DNA of 64,000 bases from Takakia lepidozioides (lineage: Eukaryota > Plantae > Bryophyta): the NCBI GenBank assembly GCA_030704615.1, contig CM060732.1, positions 44,950,001-45,014,000 of the forward strand, written 5' to 3'. The notes below the pieces were generated by a model. It was not told where the DNA came from. It saw nothing but the letters and a program-made list of their open reading frames with translations, and did not search any database. Position numbers and translations under genes: made by a program. Below, one piece after another: positions 1 through 13,800 of this stretch (positions are counted from its first letter, which is position 1; each line of letters opens with the position of its first letter).

Positions 1-200
1 CAGTACTAGGATGAAAAGGGTGACTTCATTCATAAAAAATAGGGGACAGAAAAAGGCAACGCGCACTTTTAGATGCTGCTACCTTAGAGAAAAAGGAGGG
101 GGGGCTCCTGAGTAAACGATGGGCCGGGCTATAGGGATGTCTGTTTTATTTATAGAAGGTTAAAAATAGGCCCACCATTGGAGCAGCCAATGGCGGGTTA

Positions 201-408
201 GGATTATAGGTTTTATAGGGTAAGAATTAGTGGAAATGTGTCAAAGGGTGGGGTAAGGTAGGACTCGTGGGGGTGTCACTAGGGTCTTCTAGAAGGCCCC
301 AAGATTAGAGGTTTTATAGGGTTAGAATTAGTGGAAACGTGTCAAAGTGTTAAAGGGTGGGGTAAGGTAGGACTCGTGGGGGTGTCTCTAGGGTCTTCTA
401 GAAGGCCC
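201..408. repeat. Imperfect direct tandem duplication, about 100 bp x2
   Basis: 201-299 and 302-408 both read ...ttttatagggt(a/t)agaattagtggaaa...gtggggtaaggtaggactcgtgggggtgtc..tagggtcttctagaaggccc. Confidence 0.85.
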
Positions 409-869
409 CACCACCGCCTCGCAGGGTCTTCTCGAAGTCTCCAGCACCGCCTCCCAGACTATATAAGGGCCGTTTGTTTTTTTATGTTCACATGAGGAAT
501 ATGCATAGGTGTGTGCTACAAAAAAGCTCTGATGCCTTCCAAAGGAAGTGTGGTGCCTCTTGACTCTTGGCCTCGAAGGGCTACTATTGGTATGTGCTCT
601 TACTATGCCAAAACGGTAAATGTAATGCCAGTTTGCATTTTCCTATGTCTAAAACGACAATAGGAATAATGTAAGAACTTACTGGACGCATGTGATTTGA
701 CGGTACTTTTGGCAGCCTGGGCTCCTCCGGCGGGGCCCTTGTCAAATCCTCCCCACCCCTTCTTACCTCGGTTTTGCTATTAAATACTTAATAGTTGTGG
801 TGGGTAGCGTGATGGTAAGATATTGCAAGTGGCGAGGTTTAGGGTTCAAATCTTGATGGGGGGTCTTGT

Positions 870-1070
870 AGTGTAACCCGAGTATTAGTATTCCAATCGG
901 TTTAACCCTTTGTAACGCCGGTTTCTCATGTAACTCGGGTTAGTCTTGAACTCAAATCAAATTTCGAGACCAAGTGTGAGGTACACCGAGTGGAGTTACA
1001 CTCCATTTTGTGTAACCCCGAGTGGAGTTACACACTTTGTGTAACCCCGATTGGAGTTTATACTCCTTTA
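870..1070. repeat. Cluster of short direct and inverted TGTAACCC(C)GAGT / GAGTTACA repeats (subterminal-repeat-like)
   Basis: gtgtaacccgagt, tgtaactcgggtta and tgtaaccccga(g/t)tggagtt recur; the last units are about 28 bp apart. Confidence 0.6.
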
Positions 1071-1563
1071 GTTCCATGTCACTCTCAAGAGAGAGTGGGG
1101 AAGATTTGACATGCCAAAAACCGGTGTACCATCCTGTCAGAGGTTGCACATGTGCATGCCCTTCTTACATTATTCCTATTATATTCCGTCTAAAACATGT
1201 CACATTATTCTATTCATATCTGCCGGCCTCAAGATCCGTCACAAATGTATCAAACCTACTTCAGATCCAGCAGGCATAACCGACGGATAATTGGCAAAAT
1301 GAAAATCTACTAATTCGTAAGTGGCCAATGCATGCTCAACATTCCCTGGCACGATCTGGATCATTGGATGTTGGCAGAATTAAGTTATTTTGTTGAATCT
1401 TGGGCATGATTATTGCTCAACTTTTTGGACCCCATTACTTTGGCTGCTTCTCTGGTGTTGACATGTGTTAGCCTTGCACTGGCCAGTCACCTCGGGCAAT
1501 GGCCATTGGGAGGCGAATCCCTAAAATAATCCCACTAGCCACGGCTTTGGTGCAAGATCTTTG

Positions 1564-1954
1564 AGGGCCACTTTACACTAGGGACCAAGACCAAGTGGAA
1601 ATGGAGCAAAGAGAGAGAAGATTCCGGCCAAGGCCGGCGTAACTAAGAGCCACTTCGCCCTGCGGCTACTGCCCCTTATGAGGGGTGGGCCCTATGGAAA
1701 TGGAGAGGGCCGAAAATTGTTCCCAAGGGCTTTACATTAGGGACCAAGCCCAAAAGACCAAAGCGGGCCAATAAGCTTAAATGGCACCTACTTTTTGCAC
1801 GAACTTCTTGGTTTAGACCAAGGAAATGGAACCCTCTTGATAGCGGGGCCAACTCATTGCCTCGCTGAACCAAGACGTAGGACCAAGACCAGCCCAAGAG
1901 TGGCACTTCTCGGTCCCACGATTTCTTGGTCTTGGTCCCTAGTGAAGTGGCCCT
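1564..1954. mobile_element. MITE, probably PIF/Harbinger (Tourist)-like
   Basis: TIRs agggccactttacactagggaccaagacca and tggtcttggtccctagtgaagtggccct; flanks tga/tca; no coding capacity. Confidence 0.7.
1607..1694 (-). mobile_element. 5'-truncated 3' end of a Dualen-like LINE inserted into the MITE
   Basis: Homologous to 63807-63896, with a (TC)n tail; flanked by the 11-bp direct repeat tggaaatggag at 1596-1606 and 1695-1705. Confidence 0.8.
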
Positions 1955-4014
1955 CAGTATCACTCCTCTAGAGACCATGCCGTTCCAGTTATGATTCCGA
2001 TACCAACAAGCCTCAAACAACAATCGGCTCTCTTGCTTTGGCAAAACATAAGAGGAAGGTAAGAGTACCAAGCATGTCTCAACACAACGCACCAATCGGT
2101 GCCTTGACACGATGGAAGGTCCTGCCACAATTTCTCCGCGGACTTGAACATGATGCATAGTCTCTCTCTCTACAAGAGCCAATAAATACCTACTCTATTT
2201 TTATAGGGCCCTTATGTGTTAGGTGATGGCAGTGGCTGGCTGGATTATTTTAGGGCATTCGGCTCCCAATGGCCATCACCTAATACACAACCGCCAAAAC
2301 AAATAGCATTAGGACTAGCTAACTTTTGGGAGTTTTCCCAAAAAGTGGGCCATACCCTCCATTGCTAAGCTGTAACTTCCTACCCCCTTACATCCAGCTG
2401 GATGAACAGTTCCATTTCATCCCCACCTACTACACGAAGGTCCTCAAAAAATTGTAGCACTTTTGACCGTTCCATTTAGTAGATTATAACAAAAGAAAAT
2501 TGAACAAGTTGAAACCATGAACAAAAAAAGAGAGGAAAAATTGCTTTGACCATGCAAGTTTGGTGATTTTACAATTTTTCTTGAAGAAATGGCCTCCAAA
2601 ATCCGGATTAGCAGCAACCAACATGTCATCTCCCCGAATCTCACACCAAAATGCCAAAATTATGGGGGCTGCTTTGTATGTGAAATCTGGGAGGTAAGAA
2701 ATCTTTTTGGCTTCTTTCCCAAGTACACCCATGAGGTGACATTTGTTTTCCAATTCCTCTGGTAAGTAAGTGCACAGTAACATTCATGGTGCCTTGTCCA
2801 AATTTTTTGGCATTATGATAAATTTTCAGCCCTAGATGTTACCTTGAAGACTGCCCATTTGGCTGCCACGTAGGTAGGTCAATGGTGCTCTAACACTGGA
2901 TTTCATGAAAAATCCTGGCACTTTGCAAAATTCTAGGGGGCAGAGCTTTTATGAATTTTTGGCGCTGTAAATTCCCACGTGTGTGCCTCTCTGATATGTA
3001 CAATTCATCTTCAAGGTTCACTTCCATCCAATATCATCCATGGGAATCGGAGCGTGGCAAGTAATCTGATGCGACCCGTCAGGTCGGGTCCTCCTTTAGG
3101 GGTTAAGAAGTCAAAGATTCTGCTCCCACTGATACCAACAAATACAAATACAAATATCCGCCAAACACTGAAAATAACCGAGTCTTACTTTAGAAGCTTC
3201 TTTGCGCCCCCGCCGGCATGCTTATCGAGGAAACAGTTTTCATCCTGAAAGCTGTACAACGACACATTCATCCGCTGTTTTCTTCTTGTCGTTATGTGGA
3301 GACGACGAGACGACGTTTATGGTGCTGTGCATGGGCACAAGAGAGGAGTGGCTGGTTGCAAAGCTTGGTGCTGCAAGCTCTCTTGGGCCATTGCCGATTT
3401 CATTCTTGGGGACCCGACTTCTTTGGGAATTCCAACGAGAATGTGCTGCTTATGGCTGTGAAGTCTTTCTACTCGTTCTCGCTGTGCATTGTATTCATGC
3501 CTTGGTTAGCCACTCTTTGTACGCTTGCATTCTCCGTCATTTCAAATCTGTAGCATCGAATTGTTGTCTTTATAAATTATGAAGCTCATATCGTAAGATT
3601 AGGAAGAATATTTCCCCGCATGTATTCGTCACAATTTTCTTTGTTGATGCCTGTTTTGGATGTCCAACAGGTAATGTGGGCTCTTTGAATTGAGGACCAA
3701 TTTGAAGTATGACTATGGAGGGTATGTCACTCATACATTCCCCAAAGAGAGACGGAGGTAGAGATTCAAAAAATGGAGGGTATGTTAGTAATGTTTTCAC
3801 CAAGCAGAGGAAAAGGAAAGAGAAAAAATCAAGTGACTTTATAAGTCCGCGCAAAGCTCAAAGAGCTTATGGGACGAGAATGCCGACAGGACCCACAAGA
3901 AGCAGCTCAAAATCAACACCAATTGATGAAGGATGTAACGCCTCATGCTGCACAGAATTTCCGATCCTCGTAGTGGAACGCCTCTGGAAGGGATTAGCTA
4001 GTGTCTCCCCCTCA

Positions 4015-5516
4015 GAAATGAAATGAAATGAAATGGTACTTTATAACGTCCGCGGAAAGCTCATAGAGTGCCTCGTGCAGGTAATCTGCCAAGCCAGCAT
4101 TTCTGATCTTCATAGTGAAAGACGTCAGTGAGAGATTGGATTCCACGGAATAGACAGTTTAATCTCCCACGGATCTCATAGTATAGAGGGCAATAGAAGA
4201 AGAAGTGTTCTTCAGTTTCAATTTCCTGGTTGCGCCCTGTGCAAGCTGGACATAGGCGGGCTGCAGGTTTTCCCATCTGCCAGTCTCTATCCGTAGGTTG
4301 TGGGAGCCCACCCTGAACCGCCCCAATGCCCTCCGGAGAGAAGGAGATAAAGATGCCGAAAGGTAATTGGGCCGCAAGATTCGATCATCTGGGAGAACCA
4401 AGAATGTTTCTCGATAGAAATGGAGCTTTGTCGTGAGGTTGGGTAACTTCCAAGTTCTCCTGACATGTAGTTCCATAAGCTCCCCTCTAATGAGTCTGTC
4501 GCGGTCATGCTTGGATGTGATGTCCACCCCTTCTGGATTCACTGGCAATAGTGAAGCAATAGAGTCCATGGCGTTCAAAAAAGTATCCACGCGAGCATAC
4601 GGATTGTTTGAAACCTGCATTTTTGAGCCTAATAGATGTTGCGAGGGCTCTGGCCACAAGCCCCTTGGGGGGAAGGGCTTGTAACCTCTGCAGGAAAATT
4701 GTAAGCCGGAAGAGGGCCTCAGTTTGCAGTGGCATGCATGCGAATTCTGCACTCAGTATGTGAGATGGAGTTGTGCCTCTGGCGCCAAGCATTGCTTGGA
4801 GGAAAGATGACTGCAATGGTTCCAGATTCTTTTCCCACCAGGAAACTGGGACCGCAGGTGCCCAGAATTCACAACCAAAAGTGGCATTTGGGGTGACAAC
4901 GCCGTCAAACAGCCCACTTCTTGGTCGGTGGATGGCGCAGATGTATCTCTTTGCATTTGGCCTGAAGGCGGATGGAGACTGCCTTGCCTTTTGTCAATCT
5001 GTCCAGGGCAGTTGCTGCAAACTGGAATTTGGGGGAGTAAATAACCAGACCCAGATACCAGTACGATTTGACTATCTCAACCTCCCGATTGTTGAGGAAG
5101 AATCTGCGGTCGGCCTGCCCATTGAAAACCATGATCTTGGTTTTGCTAAGGTTGACTTGCAGCCCATAGTCTTTGTAGAACTGTTCCAGGATAGGAGATG
5201 GCGTTGCAGGAAGACAGGAGATTGTGCCAAAAGGGCAAAATCATCTCAACATCATCATCATCAGATCTAGAGGAGATCTGATTGTGTTGGGGTCCTCCAT
5301 CCAATGGCACACCAACTCCATGGTTTTTTGAGATGTAAACTTCCAAGGCGTCAATGTAGATTCCGAACAGGGTAGGTGAGAGGGGCAGCCCTGTTTGACC
5401 CCAATGTTGCTATGGACCTCAGCTGAGAATTTCCCTGTGACATTGACCGTGCTAGTGACTATCTCATACATGGAGGAAATGGCATAGAGAATGTCCTGAG
5501 GGACTCCCACCCTTGG
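4015..5516 (-). mobile_element. RTEX-like LINE, family A: 5'-truncated and frameshifted (RT C-terminal half plus C-terminal zinc finger)
   Basis: Minus-strand fragments [28 protein letters not shown] and CPAC...[13 protein letters not shown]; 3' end has a partial hairpin and an (ATTTC)n tail. Confidence 0.8.
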
Positions 5517-5529
5517 AAAGAGAGAGAAC

Positions 5530-5677
5530 TGAAATGGTACTTTATAACGTCCGCGGAAAGCTCATAGAGCTTATGGGACAAAATGGAAGAAGACATGAGA
5601 GAGGAAACAAAACCAGAGCCAAAAATAAAACTATTGCTCGAGTGATTGTCTAAGGGTGAAGGCCTCGTGCAGGTAAG
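5530..5677 (-). mobile_element. RTEX-like family A 3' end
   Basis: gaaatggtactttataacgtccgcggaaagctcatagagcttatgggacaaaatgg. Confidence 0.8.
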
Positions 5678-7730
5678 TGAGAGAGAGAGATTGTACTCAT
5701 AAGACGTTGTTTGCCGTAGCCTTGTGGCCATTGACCCCGTGCCCAGTTTGAGCGGGAACAAAAGGGACAGAACCTACCTCTGTCAGGGGCTGACGTTGGT
5801 AGTAAGACTTACCTCCATATAAAGAATTAATCCGGGTTTTCCAGATATCCTCTAGAAATCCCTTCACACAAGCATCAATCTGCTGTGTGTGATTTGCCCA
5901 AAAACTAGGCCTCAGGAGGGCCTGGGCTTTTGGCTCAGCCTCGAGACTTTCAAAGTTGGTAAACAGGGGTACAGGCACAATTCCCTTAATAGATTTGAAG
6001 AGAGCGTCTCTTTGGTAAGAGAACCCCGGACAGTGTATCAGAAAATGAATACTGTCTTCAGATTGCCCACACAACGGGCAATTGCACTCTCCCTTTCCTC
6101 TCTGCTTCTGTTTGCTGTTCAAAGGTAGGCTTCCTGCCCTGAGTTTAAATTTCAGTCTAGTGCCGAGAGTGGGTAGACCCTTGAGGTCATCCAAGATGTC
6201 CTCCCCCATGTCACAGACTGGAAACAAGTTCAGGGAAGTTTTCTGCCTAACTTCATTTTCATCAGACAATCTCATGGCAACAGACATGGCTGAGGACACT
6301 ACAGCCTCTAAGTCAGATTTATCCAGCAGGGTCAAGACTTGCAGATTCAGGTCCAGGTCCTTGAGGATCTCTTCTACTCTCTTCTGCCAGGACTTAGCCT
6401 GTTTGACAGGGCGGTCCTGTTCCCAAGATATAGAGTCGATTAACTTAGGATATCTGGTGTTGGGCATATGTTGCAGCTGACCCCACCATCTGACCTTGAA
6501 TTCATCTCATCGGGAGCTTAAGGACGGAATGCCAAACTCACCCCGAACAGCCACATTGGCTGTTTTGGAGCATGCTGACATACACTCCTTAAGCACCCCA
6601 CTTGAATGGATTCTAGAGACTTAGCCTGGTTGGAGTTATCAACCCATATAGCAGATCCGTACTCCAAGGCAGGTCTAATAACGCGACAAAGCATGGTTTT
6701 CTTAACCTCAGAGTTGACCCCACTGCAGTGGAAAAATTTAGTGAGCCCCAGAGCTTTGCCCTTGCCAGTTTGAACAACTTTCTGGATATGTGCATCCCAA
6801 TTACAATTGGAGGAGAACTCAACGCCCAGGTAAGTGTAGGAAGGGAGGACCGGGATCTCTTGGCTACCCCACTGCCACTTAAGATCACTTCCTCCCTCTC
6901 CTCTGTCGTTGAATGCTACCACTGCACATTTGCTGACATTAGCCTCTAGCCCCCAAAGATCAAAGTATCTCTTCGCGCAATCAATCAACTCCTGGAGATT
7001 GGTTGGAGTCTCCCCTATGCCTGCGAAGTCATCCGCAAACATAAGGGCTGGTATGGTGGTATCACCCACCCTTAACCCAAATCCCTCACTTTCCACATCC
7101 TCAAGGAGTTGATTGATGAAAACATTGAAGAGCAGAGGGGAGAGAGTACATCCTTGAGCTACACGTTGGTCTATGTCAAAGAAGTTGGACTTCTGTCCGT
7201 TAACAATGACACAGCTTTTGGTGTGAGCATACAAGTTGTGGACAACTCTCCACGTCTTTCCCTTGATCCCACAAGACCAGAGGCGGAACCATAGCCATCT
7301 CTCCACACTGTGTCATAAGCCTTTTTGACATCCAGGAAAAAGACATAAGTGGGTTTCCCTTCTTTTTTCCTTCCCTGGATAATCTGGCTTAGAGTGAAGA
7401 TATGATCCACACAGCCCCTGTTTCGCCGAAAGCCAGCTTGGCTTTTGTGGAAACAACCTCTAGACTCCAGATCAACCTCGAGACGAGTACTTATAACTCT
7501 GCAGAATGTCTTGCCAACAGCATTGAGGAGCGTGATGCCACGGTAGTTCCCCGGTTCTTCTCTGTCACCCTTCTTGTATAGATTGACAATGACCCCCTGT
7601 CGCCAGCGAAAGGGGATCATTTCAGTCTTCCAGATAAGGTTAAAGAGGAGAACTAGGGCCTCTATCATGGGATCGCCACCATGCTTGATAAGCTCGTTGA
7701 CAATACCATCAGGTCCACCAGCTTTATATC
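5678..7730 (-). mobile_element. RTEX-like LINE, family B: 5'-truncated RT plus CCHC zinc finger, (TC)n tail
   Basis: ORFs 7171-7668, 6518-7306 and 5697-6467 contain YKKGD..NYRGITLL, QAGFR, FLDVKKAYD, QGCTLSP, FADD, YTYLG and CPLC..EDSIHFLIHC. Confidence 0.85.
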
Positions 7731-7836
7731 CATTTCAATGTAAGAGATGAGCAAGAGAGAGAGAGAGAGAGCAATAGAGAGAGAGATCACCATCATCACC
7801 ATCACTTTGTGCATTGGACAATATGGATATTCACAG

Positions 7837-10800
7837 ATGGCCATTCTTCTGATAAAACAATCTATGTGTGCAGATTATCTGAAGTTGCCAGACTTTTCTA
7901 GCGAGGCCTGCTCTTTCTTCTGCTGCAACTTCATTCAGATTCCAGACACTGAATCGTGGCTGGAAGTTGTCTGGGCATGGATTTGGGTGCCTCTAACAGT
8001 CCCTTGCTTTGAGCAGTCACTTGTCACGGTGGTCTCTCTATTACTGTGTGTGATCCTCCTTTCATATACTCTCGCCAATTACCACAAGACTACTGCAAGG
8101 TCTTCTAGACTGGTAAAAACAGGAGAACGGTATATAGTAACTTTACTGCTAACCTCAGTGGTACTTTTGAGTTGGCTAGCCACGACCGGATGGCGCTTCT
8201 GGATTGGTTATCACAGCAATTGGTTACGCATCCCGTTCCGCGAATTCTTCTATTCCGCTGCAGAGGCTCTTACTTGGTTATCCTTTTTCTCCATGCTGTG
8301 GGCTGAGAGATGGCAGGTCCTCTTGGTTCACACCCCAGGGCTCCGAATCTGCTGGGTCATGAATTTTCTTTTCTACTGCGGACTCAAGGGTGCCACAATC
8401 ATATCCCAGTGCATTAAGGGAGAGTCAATAATTCCCAACATGTCTGCCAGTTATTTTCTGGCACTGATGACAGCTTTGGTGACTTCATATCTTTTCGTTA
8501 TCAGTCTTCTTGGCAGGACAGGGCTTTCAGTAGTGGATGATGATCTGGGCCTTCGAGAGCAGTTGATGGGTAGCTATGGAGGATCTGAATTAAATGGTGT
8601 GAAACAGGAGGGAATTGCCAGGTATTGGAAGGCAGGGCTGCTGAGCAGGACTTTATTTTTATGGTTAAACCCTCTCTTGCTGATCGGGAGCCAAAAACCA
8701 CTCCAGTTTGAAGACATTCCTTGTCTTATCCCCGAAGACCGCGCAGAAGTTGCCTACGAGAAACTGGAGGCTCACTGGGATTTCCGGCAAGGAAGTGCTA
8801 AATCTCTGGTGTGGGCCCTGATGACAACCTTTTGGCCTCTATTTACCTTCAATGGGTTTCTTGCAGTGGTCAAGCTGTGTGTGATGTACATAGGGCCACT
8901 GCTGATACAACTGTTTGTCAATTTCACGGCTGAGAAAGGGGGACTGTGGTACCAAGGTGTGACACTAGTCCTGATTTTGTTTCTTGCAAAATCTATAGAG
9001 GTTATCACTGACCATCAGTACAGCTTTCTCTCGGAGAGGCTTGGGTTAAACGTGCATGCAGCCCTGGCGGCATCTGTCTACTGCAAGGGTCTTCGTCTGT
9101 CAGGATCTGCACGCCAAAAACACAGTGTAGGGAAAGTTGTCAACTACATGGCTGTGGACATCCCAGAAATTTCCGAAGCCTTTGCCCACGTAAGCTTGAC
9201 CTTCATACGACAAATATGCTGAGAGACACTCTGAATGTTGTGTGAGAAGAGTACCATACTAGCAGGCTTGAGGAATAGAAATGAAATGAAATGAAATGGT
9301 ACTTTATAACGTCCGCGGAAAGCTCAAAGAGCTTATGGGAGAAACTTTATAACGTCCATGGGAAGATCAAAGAGCTTATGGATGGGGGAAAGAAAAGTGA
9401 AGAAGAATGAACAGAACATGGGGCCTCAACAACCAACCACCACAACCATACAGAAAAAAAGAGAACAAAGAAATACTCCCCAAATTTTCCCTCTAATTCC
9501 AATGTCTATGGTGCCCCCTCGTGCCCTCTATCTCTTGTGGCTGCTCCATCCAAGTGGACGTGGGGTCTATGGCCATAAGGCTCCCGCAGGCCAAGAAGTA
9601 CTGTCTCTGTCTCTGTGTACTTCCATTCAAATTGTGGAAGTTTGGGAGGGTAACATTGATGTGACACCGTTTTTTGGTTTGTCTGCAGGCTCATGATCTC
9701 TGGGTTTTCCCAGCACAAATTGTATTGGCACTGCTTATTCTCTATAACGTTTTGGGGCTGGCGGCACTGACGGGACTAGCAACCATGCTGGTCATAATGT
9801 TCATTTGCCTGCTCATTGCAGCAAAAATGCAAAAGTTACAGGTTAAAATCATGGCATGCAAAGATGCACGCATGAAAGTCACAAATGAGGCTATTGGAAA
9901 CATGAAGATAATTAAGCTACAGGCCTGGCAAGAGCGGTTCCTCAAGAAGGTGGGTGAAGCATCTCCTGCTGTATGCTCTATCAGTTTTTCTCTGTAATCT
10001 TTTCGAGGCTATGCTACAAGCCTAATATGTATAAACTTGGTACCATGTTCTGTTACTGCCCACTAAATTGAGAGGGTTGGTTGTGCAGTTTTTACTCAAT
10101 TCAGTACCAGGCGAATGAGATTTCCTTTGTATTTTGGGGATCAAAACCGTATGAGTTCACTGGGGTGTACTGGGAGTGGACGGCATGTAAACCATGTGTA
10201 CAGTTATTGCAATATTACAAAAACAGCCAATCTGAGATGGCAATGTTTTAAATGTAGTACATCTGTTTCCAGAACATCACAAGGTGGCAGAAGTTTTATT
10301 AATGACGTCCAATTATGTGACAGGTTGAGGATGCCCGGATAACGGAGCGCACATGGATAACAAGGTTTATGTACATAAATGCCTTGTCCATCTTCCTCCT
10401 ATGGCTCTCCCCCCTTGCAGTCTCAGTCCTCACATTTGGATCTTGCTTGCTATTAGACATAGACCTCACGGCAGGGCGAGTTTTCACAGCAATGGCCACT
10501 TTCCGCATACTGCAGGAGCCACTCCGTGCTTTTCCCCAAACAATGATGCAGGCTGCTCAGGCTCTTGTTGCTCTGAAACGTTTGCTGATGTTTTTCCAGA
10601 GTGATGAACTAGATCCTGCAGCTGTGGAAAGACTACCAAGAGGAGCGGAGTTCGCAGTAACAGTGAAGGTGAGGGTTCGCCATGACTGGATGCATAGAGT
10701 CAAGTGAGACATGCAGCAAGAGTGGCCATCTATGTCTGAAATGTTTGATGTGGATGCCAGTTTAAACCCATGTGGACACATACAGATTTAAATCAGTCGT

Positions 10801-13800
10801 CATTTACTGTGGTTCAAGGGAGGAGCGTTCAAGTGGGATCCCGAGACAGAGAGACCAACTCTCAACAACATAGATGTGGAGGTGAGACCTGGCTCGTTGG
10901 TGGCAATTGTAGGGACAGTGGGGTCGGGGAAGTCTGCCTTTTTGGCTTGCATCCTTGGAGAAATGGAGAAGGTCACTGGCCAGGTGAGCCCTTGAGTGGA
11001 CCTCCTTATGCTTGATTTTTTTTTCTCTCCTAACCCTTCATATGGATGTCTTACCCGGTATTTCAACATCAGAGCTTTTTAATATAAAGCATGATTTAAA
11101 AGACTTGGCATGTGTTCCAGTGACAAAAGGTGGGGATGAGTTGTTCGATGTGACAGGTGAGCGTGAGTGGGAAACTCGCATATGTAGCACAATCAGCATG
11201 GATTCAAAATGGGACAGTCCAAGACAACGTTCTCTTTGGAAAGCCAATGAACGAAGCATTGTACAGTGAGACAATCCGTGTGTGTGCCTTACAGAATGAC
11301 CTAGCCCAGATGCCTCATCGTGACCAGACGGAAATTGGAGAGCGTGGAATTAATCTCAGTGGTGGTCAGAAACAACGGATTCAGTTAGCCAGGGCAGTGT
11401 ACCAAAAAGCAGACATCTATCTGCTGGATGATATTTTCAGTGCAGTGGATGCACACACAGGGACAGAGCTCTTCACGGTGGGTTATTTCGTCAACAGATG
11501 AAGCATATAAGAAGCTGAAAAGATACATCTGGAAGTATGGGAAGAAGGCAGTGTAGTAGTTTTTATGAATGCACTGTTCCTCTATGGTTGCTGGATGCTA
11601 TATGCAACGTCCTTGCATATAGCAAATTGTAGATTACAGGGAATAGTTGGATGCCAATGGCTTGCAGGAGTGTGTTAAAGGGGCTTTGGCTGGCAAGACA
11701 GTGCTGTTGGTGACACATCAAGTTGAATTCCTCCATTGTGCTGATCTTATTCTGGTAAGGGTTTATGCAAAGAGAATGTGTCAAAGGGGAGGTGCATCAA
11801 TTCGTGCAATGCATAACTTTATATACGCTGAAGCTCACATGTGCTGGAGGAGACAATACCTTCCTATTGGAGAACAGTTTCAGGATGCAACTGCCAAACT
11901 GTCCAAGCACAGTGGTGTCCTATTTAGAAAGTCAAACCTCTTCTCTAGCTGCTTTGAAACACAGTTTTTCTTCTTGCCTTTCCTTTCAGAAGCCTTTGAG
12001 GTGTGTATAAGAGATGAAGGTTTATGAAGTCGCTGGCACATCTCCTATTTCTGGGAAAGCCTGTGATCAGCTTCATACTTCCAGTTATCAAACAGACTTT
12101 GTCAGCTTAAATAAATGCATGGCTAGCCATTACAAGATTCTATTATAACAGGGTAATAACAGGTGATGCGCAATGGAGAAATTGTACAATCAGGAAATTT
12201 TGACGACCTGGTGGATATGGGCCTTGACTTTGGAGCTTTGGTAGACGCTCACAATCAATCATTGGAGATGGCCACAGCACAAGAGGGAGACAGCGAGCCA
12301 GGGTCTGTACCGCCTGGTGTTGAGTACCAGGCCTCCAGCCCGCTGTCTGCAGTAGAGACTCCATCGAAGATGCAGCAAATGCTGGAAAATGAAGATGAGC
12401 CTGTGGCGAAACCAGGTCCTACTCTTCTCTACTCAACTGTATTCCGTTGTCCCACATTCTTCTATGATCTGGCAAGATTACAAACCATCTTTAAGGTTAA
12501 AATAACATTGCATTTCAAAGTGTGAAGCTCTTGGCAAGCTAAAGCTCGACTTGCAAATTGAATTACACCTTTGAACCCTGTAGAATTGTGTTTGACTTGA
12601 AACATGGAGTTGCTATTATGATGGTTATTATTGATGTGTGTAGAAGGGCTATTGGGTTGTCTGGTAGGCCTGACCATTGGTCATGGTTAGTTACCCTCTC
12701 AGTGGCATCAAAAAGACCTTCCATGTCAATGTTATAATGCAGCTTTCATTTAGTTGTGTCAAAATGTTGTATTTCTTTTCTTTGTTGCTGAGAGAAGTTG
12801 GCTTTCCACAGTGGTTGTGGTGACTACATCTGTTTCATATTCCTTTTTAATGTTGAAGTTATCTGAGGTGCTTGTTACGTTGTCCAATATTTGTTTTTGG
12901 ACATGCGTCCCTGTGTTGAGAAATTGGTTATGTCTAATTAGATCATTTACAAGGTCAACTTTCTCTCTAACAAAGGGGGAGAAGGGTCTTGAAAGGATCT
13001 GTAGATGTCAATTCTCTTCGTATGGAGGGTGGGGACAAGTGACATAGACCTTTAGGTAGATTGCTGTGCTATAGAAGGTTGGCTAACCAATGATAAACAT
13101 AATCTTTTCTACTGCAATCCACAAAGTATGGCCTAATACTGTCATCAGCAACATTTGCATGGCAAAGCTGTCTAGAATACCGCTAGTCTTACCATGGGTG
13201 CTGTCAATCATTACTAAGTAGCCCACTTGCAACCATTGCAAGTTAACTATCCAGTATTAACTGCATTGAAATATATTTCTCTTCAGGTTTGGCGGTGCTG
13301 ATTGATAATGAACAGCGGGAGACAGGCCATGTTGACAAGACAATTTACTGGGCCTACTACACCAAAGTGTTCTGGGGAGCGCACATCATTGCCCTCCTCT
13401 TGATTCAGACTGGTTGGCAGGGATTGCAAGTTGCAAGCGATTTCTGGCTAGCCTGGTCCACATCGGATGAGGGTGAAAAAAATGTTAGACCAATGCATTT
13501 CATCAGTGTGTATGCGTGGCTGGCAATTGGGAGCGGAATATTCGTACTCATGCGCTCGCTTCTAGTTTCGTTTTCCGGTCTGCAAACTGCACAGAAATTT
13601 TTCACTGACATGATTCGAAGTGTTTTTCGGGCTCCCATGGCTTTCTTCGATACAACTCCCTCAGGAAGAATCTTGAGCCGTGTAAGAATGAAGTCTGAGA
13701 TCTCCCCATCTTATCAAAACTAACTAAGTGCTTTCTTAGATGGTCATGATGATGATGCCTGTTATTCACATCTCCAGGAGTCATTGGTTCTATGGACAGC

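Larger units (their letters stand above)
1499..2277. mobile_element. Non-autonomous TIR element with about 48-bp imperfect inverted repeats, hosting nested insertions
   Basis: atggccattgggaggcgaatccctaaaataatcccactagccacggc (1499-1545) is the near reverse complement of 2229-2277. Confidence 0.55.

Noticed and set aside
800-860. tRNA gene (A-box and B-box-like sequences)
   Set aside because: No cloverleaf; at most a decayed SINE head
980-1065. CRISPR-like repeats of about 28 bp
   Set aside because: No unique spacers and no cas genes; eukaryotic context
12940-13055. Extra ABCC linker exon
   Set aside because: The phase-compatible frame has a stop, and exons 7 and 8 already join in frame
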